Source: an uncultured Sphingorhabdus sp. (lineage in GTDB: Bacteria > Pseudomonadota > Alphaproteobacteria > Sphingomonadales > Sphingomonadaceae). Taken from it: 39,012 bases of DNA. Shown here piece by piece: positions 37,668 to 39,012 of the stretch (its first letter is position 1; each line of letters begins with the position of its first letter). The DNA lies in NCBI GenBank assembly GCA_964452835.1, contig CAYVQO010000001.1, forward strand, positions 2,270-41,281. Reading direction: 5' to 3'. A model generated the notes under the pieces. It was not told the DNA's origin, ran no database searches, and saw only the letters and a list, made by a program, of their open reading frames with translations. Both the position numbers and the translations under genes were made by a program.

Positions 37668-39012
37668 ATGCAATCAGTCACCACTGAACGCCATGACGAT
37701 GTGCTGGTGATCGTCGTCAACAATCCACCCGTTAATGCGCTTAGCTGGCATGTACGTCAGGGTCTGAAAGACGGTGTGGCAGAAGCGCTGGGTGATCCCG
37801 CAATCAAGGCTGCGGTGATCCGCTGCGACGGTGCGACCTTTATTGCAGGGGCTGACATCACTGAATTTACGCAGGCACCGAAGGAACCGGCGCTGGGTGA
37901 AACGCTGGATGCAATGGAAACGGCATCGAAACCGATCATCGCCGCGATCCATGGCACGGCGCTTGGCGGGGGGCTCGAGACGACCCTTTGCTGCCACTAT
38001 CGCATAGCCGTTCCATCGGCCAAACTGGGCGTGCCGGAGGTGAAGCTGGGTCTGTTGCCGGGCGCAGGCGGCACACAACGTTTGCCGCGTCTGGTGGGCG
38101 TGGAAGCTGCTGCGGCCATGTGTTCGGGTGGTGAGCCGGTGCCTGCGCCCAAGGCTTTGGAAATGGGGCTGGTGGACCAGCTGGCGGACGAAGGCAATCT
38201 GGCCGCCGATGCCATTGCCTTTGCCCGCGAAATGATCGCCAAAGGACCGCGCGCCACGCGCGATTTGCCGGTAAAGGGCGATGCCTCTGCGATTGAGGCT
38301 CTGAAGACTGCGAACGCCCGCAAATGGCGTGGCTTTGATGCGCCTTATGCCAACCTCGCCTGCGTCGAAGCGGCAACCCGGCTGCCCTTCGATGAAGGCA
38401 TGGCCTTTGAACGAACCGAGTTCATGAAGCTGATGATGGGCAGCCAATCGGCAGCCCAGCGCCACATGTTCTTCGCCGAGCGCCAGGCCGCCAAGATTGA
38501 CGGGCTGGCAAAGGATATCCAGCTGCGCGACATCAAAAAGGTCGGCGTCATTGGCGCTGGCACCATGGGCGGCGGGATTTCGATGAACTTCCTCGCCAAG
38601 GGCATCCCTGTCACCATCGTTGAAATGGTACAGGAAAATCTCGACCGCGGTGTCGGCGTGATCCGCAAGAATTATGAGGCGAGCGCCGCAAAGGGCCGCT
38701 TTACCACTGAGCAGGTCGAGGGGATGATGGGCTTGCTAACGCCCTCGCTCAGCCTCGAAGATCTTGCGACATGCGATCTGGTGATCGAGGCGGTTTACGA
38801 ATCGATGGACGTCAAGAAAGACGTGTTCGGCAAGCTCGACAAGATCTGTAAGCAGGGCGCGATCCTTGCCTCCAACACCAGCTATCTCGACGTCAACGAG
38901 ATCGCTTCGTCAACCTCCCGGCCGCAGGATGTGCTCGGCATGCACTTCTTCTCACCGGCCAATGTGATGAAGCTGCTGGAGGTCGTGCGCGGCGACAAAA
39001 CGGCTGATGAAG
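37668..39012 (+). CDS. Bifunctional enoyl-CoA hydratase / 3-hydroxyacyl-CoA dehydrogenase (FadJ/PimF/EHHADH-like), 3'-truncated; not in the ORF track
   Basis: Translated by hand: [25 protein letters not shown]..., [68 protein letters not shown]; open to the window end. Confidence 0.93.
   Translation, partial: MQSVTTERHDDVLVIVVNNPPVNALSWHVRQGLKDGVAEALGDPAIKAAVIRCDGATFIAGADITEFTQAPKEPALGETLDAMETASKPIIAAIHGTALGGGLETTLCCHYRIAVPSAKLGVPEVKLGLLPGAGGTQRLPRLVGVEAAAAMCSGGEPVPAPKALEMGLVDQLADEGNLAADAIAFAREMIAKGPRATRDLPVKGDASAIEALKTANARKWRGFDAPYANLACVEAATRLPFDEGMAFERTEFMKLMMGSQSAAQRHMFFAERQAAKIDGLAKDIQLRDIKKVGVIGAGTMGGGISMNFLAKGIPVTIVEMVQENLDRGVGVIRKNYEASAAKGRFTTEQVEGMMGLLTPSLSLEDLATCDLVIEAVYESMDVKKDVFGKLDKICKQGAILASNTSYLDVNEIASSTSRPQDVLGMHFFSPANVMKLLEVVRGDKTADE

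Noticed and set aside
1-39012. Mobile elements, prophage, CRISPR arrays, defence systems, tRNA/rRNA
   Set aside because: No transposase, integrase, phage or cas genes, regularly spaced repeats or cloverleaf structures were seen, and composition looks uniform by eye.

Overview
Chromosomal backbone of an alphaproteobacterium, most likely Sphingomonadales, inferred from gene order and protein sequences. From left to right: the 3' end of a fumarylacetoacetate-hydrolase-family gene; a split Tad/Cpa pilus operon (cpaA-B-C-D-E-tadB-tadC, no cpaF or flp in the window); an alpha/beta hydrolase, an FAD oxidoreductase and a small YegP/DUF1508 gene; ispH-thrB-rnhA; a lipoprotein; argS-SPOR(ftsN-like)-nagZ-scpAB-tatABC; a small entericidin gene; a ZnuD-like TonB-dependent receptor with a Zur box; cysteine synthase plus two membrane proteins; a stand-alone PilZ gene; and a ~13 kb acyl-CoA catabolic region (PimC/PimD-like ACAD pair, SDR, quinone oxidoreductase, GPH transporter, and an ACAD10/11- or lva-like ACAD + kinase + SDR operon with an esterase and a FadJ/PimF-type enzyme). 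No mobile elements, CRISPR arrays, rRNA or tRNA were seen. The most unexplained part is the ~700 bp 'intergenic' stretch at 24990-25670. It appears to encode two tandem minus-strand non-coding RNAs: a ~330-nt, multi-helix, GGA-rich RNA behind a pair of DnaA boxes and a GANTC site, and a ~110-nt sRNA with an anti-Shine-Dalgarno loop. All calls were made by eye; no database searches were run.
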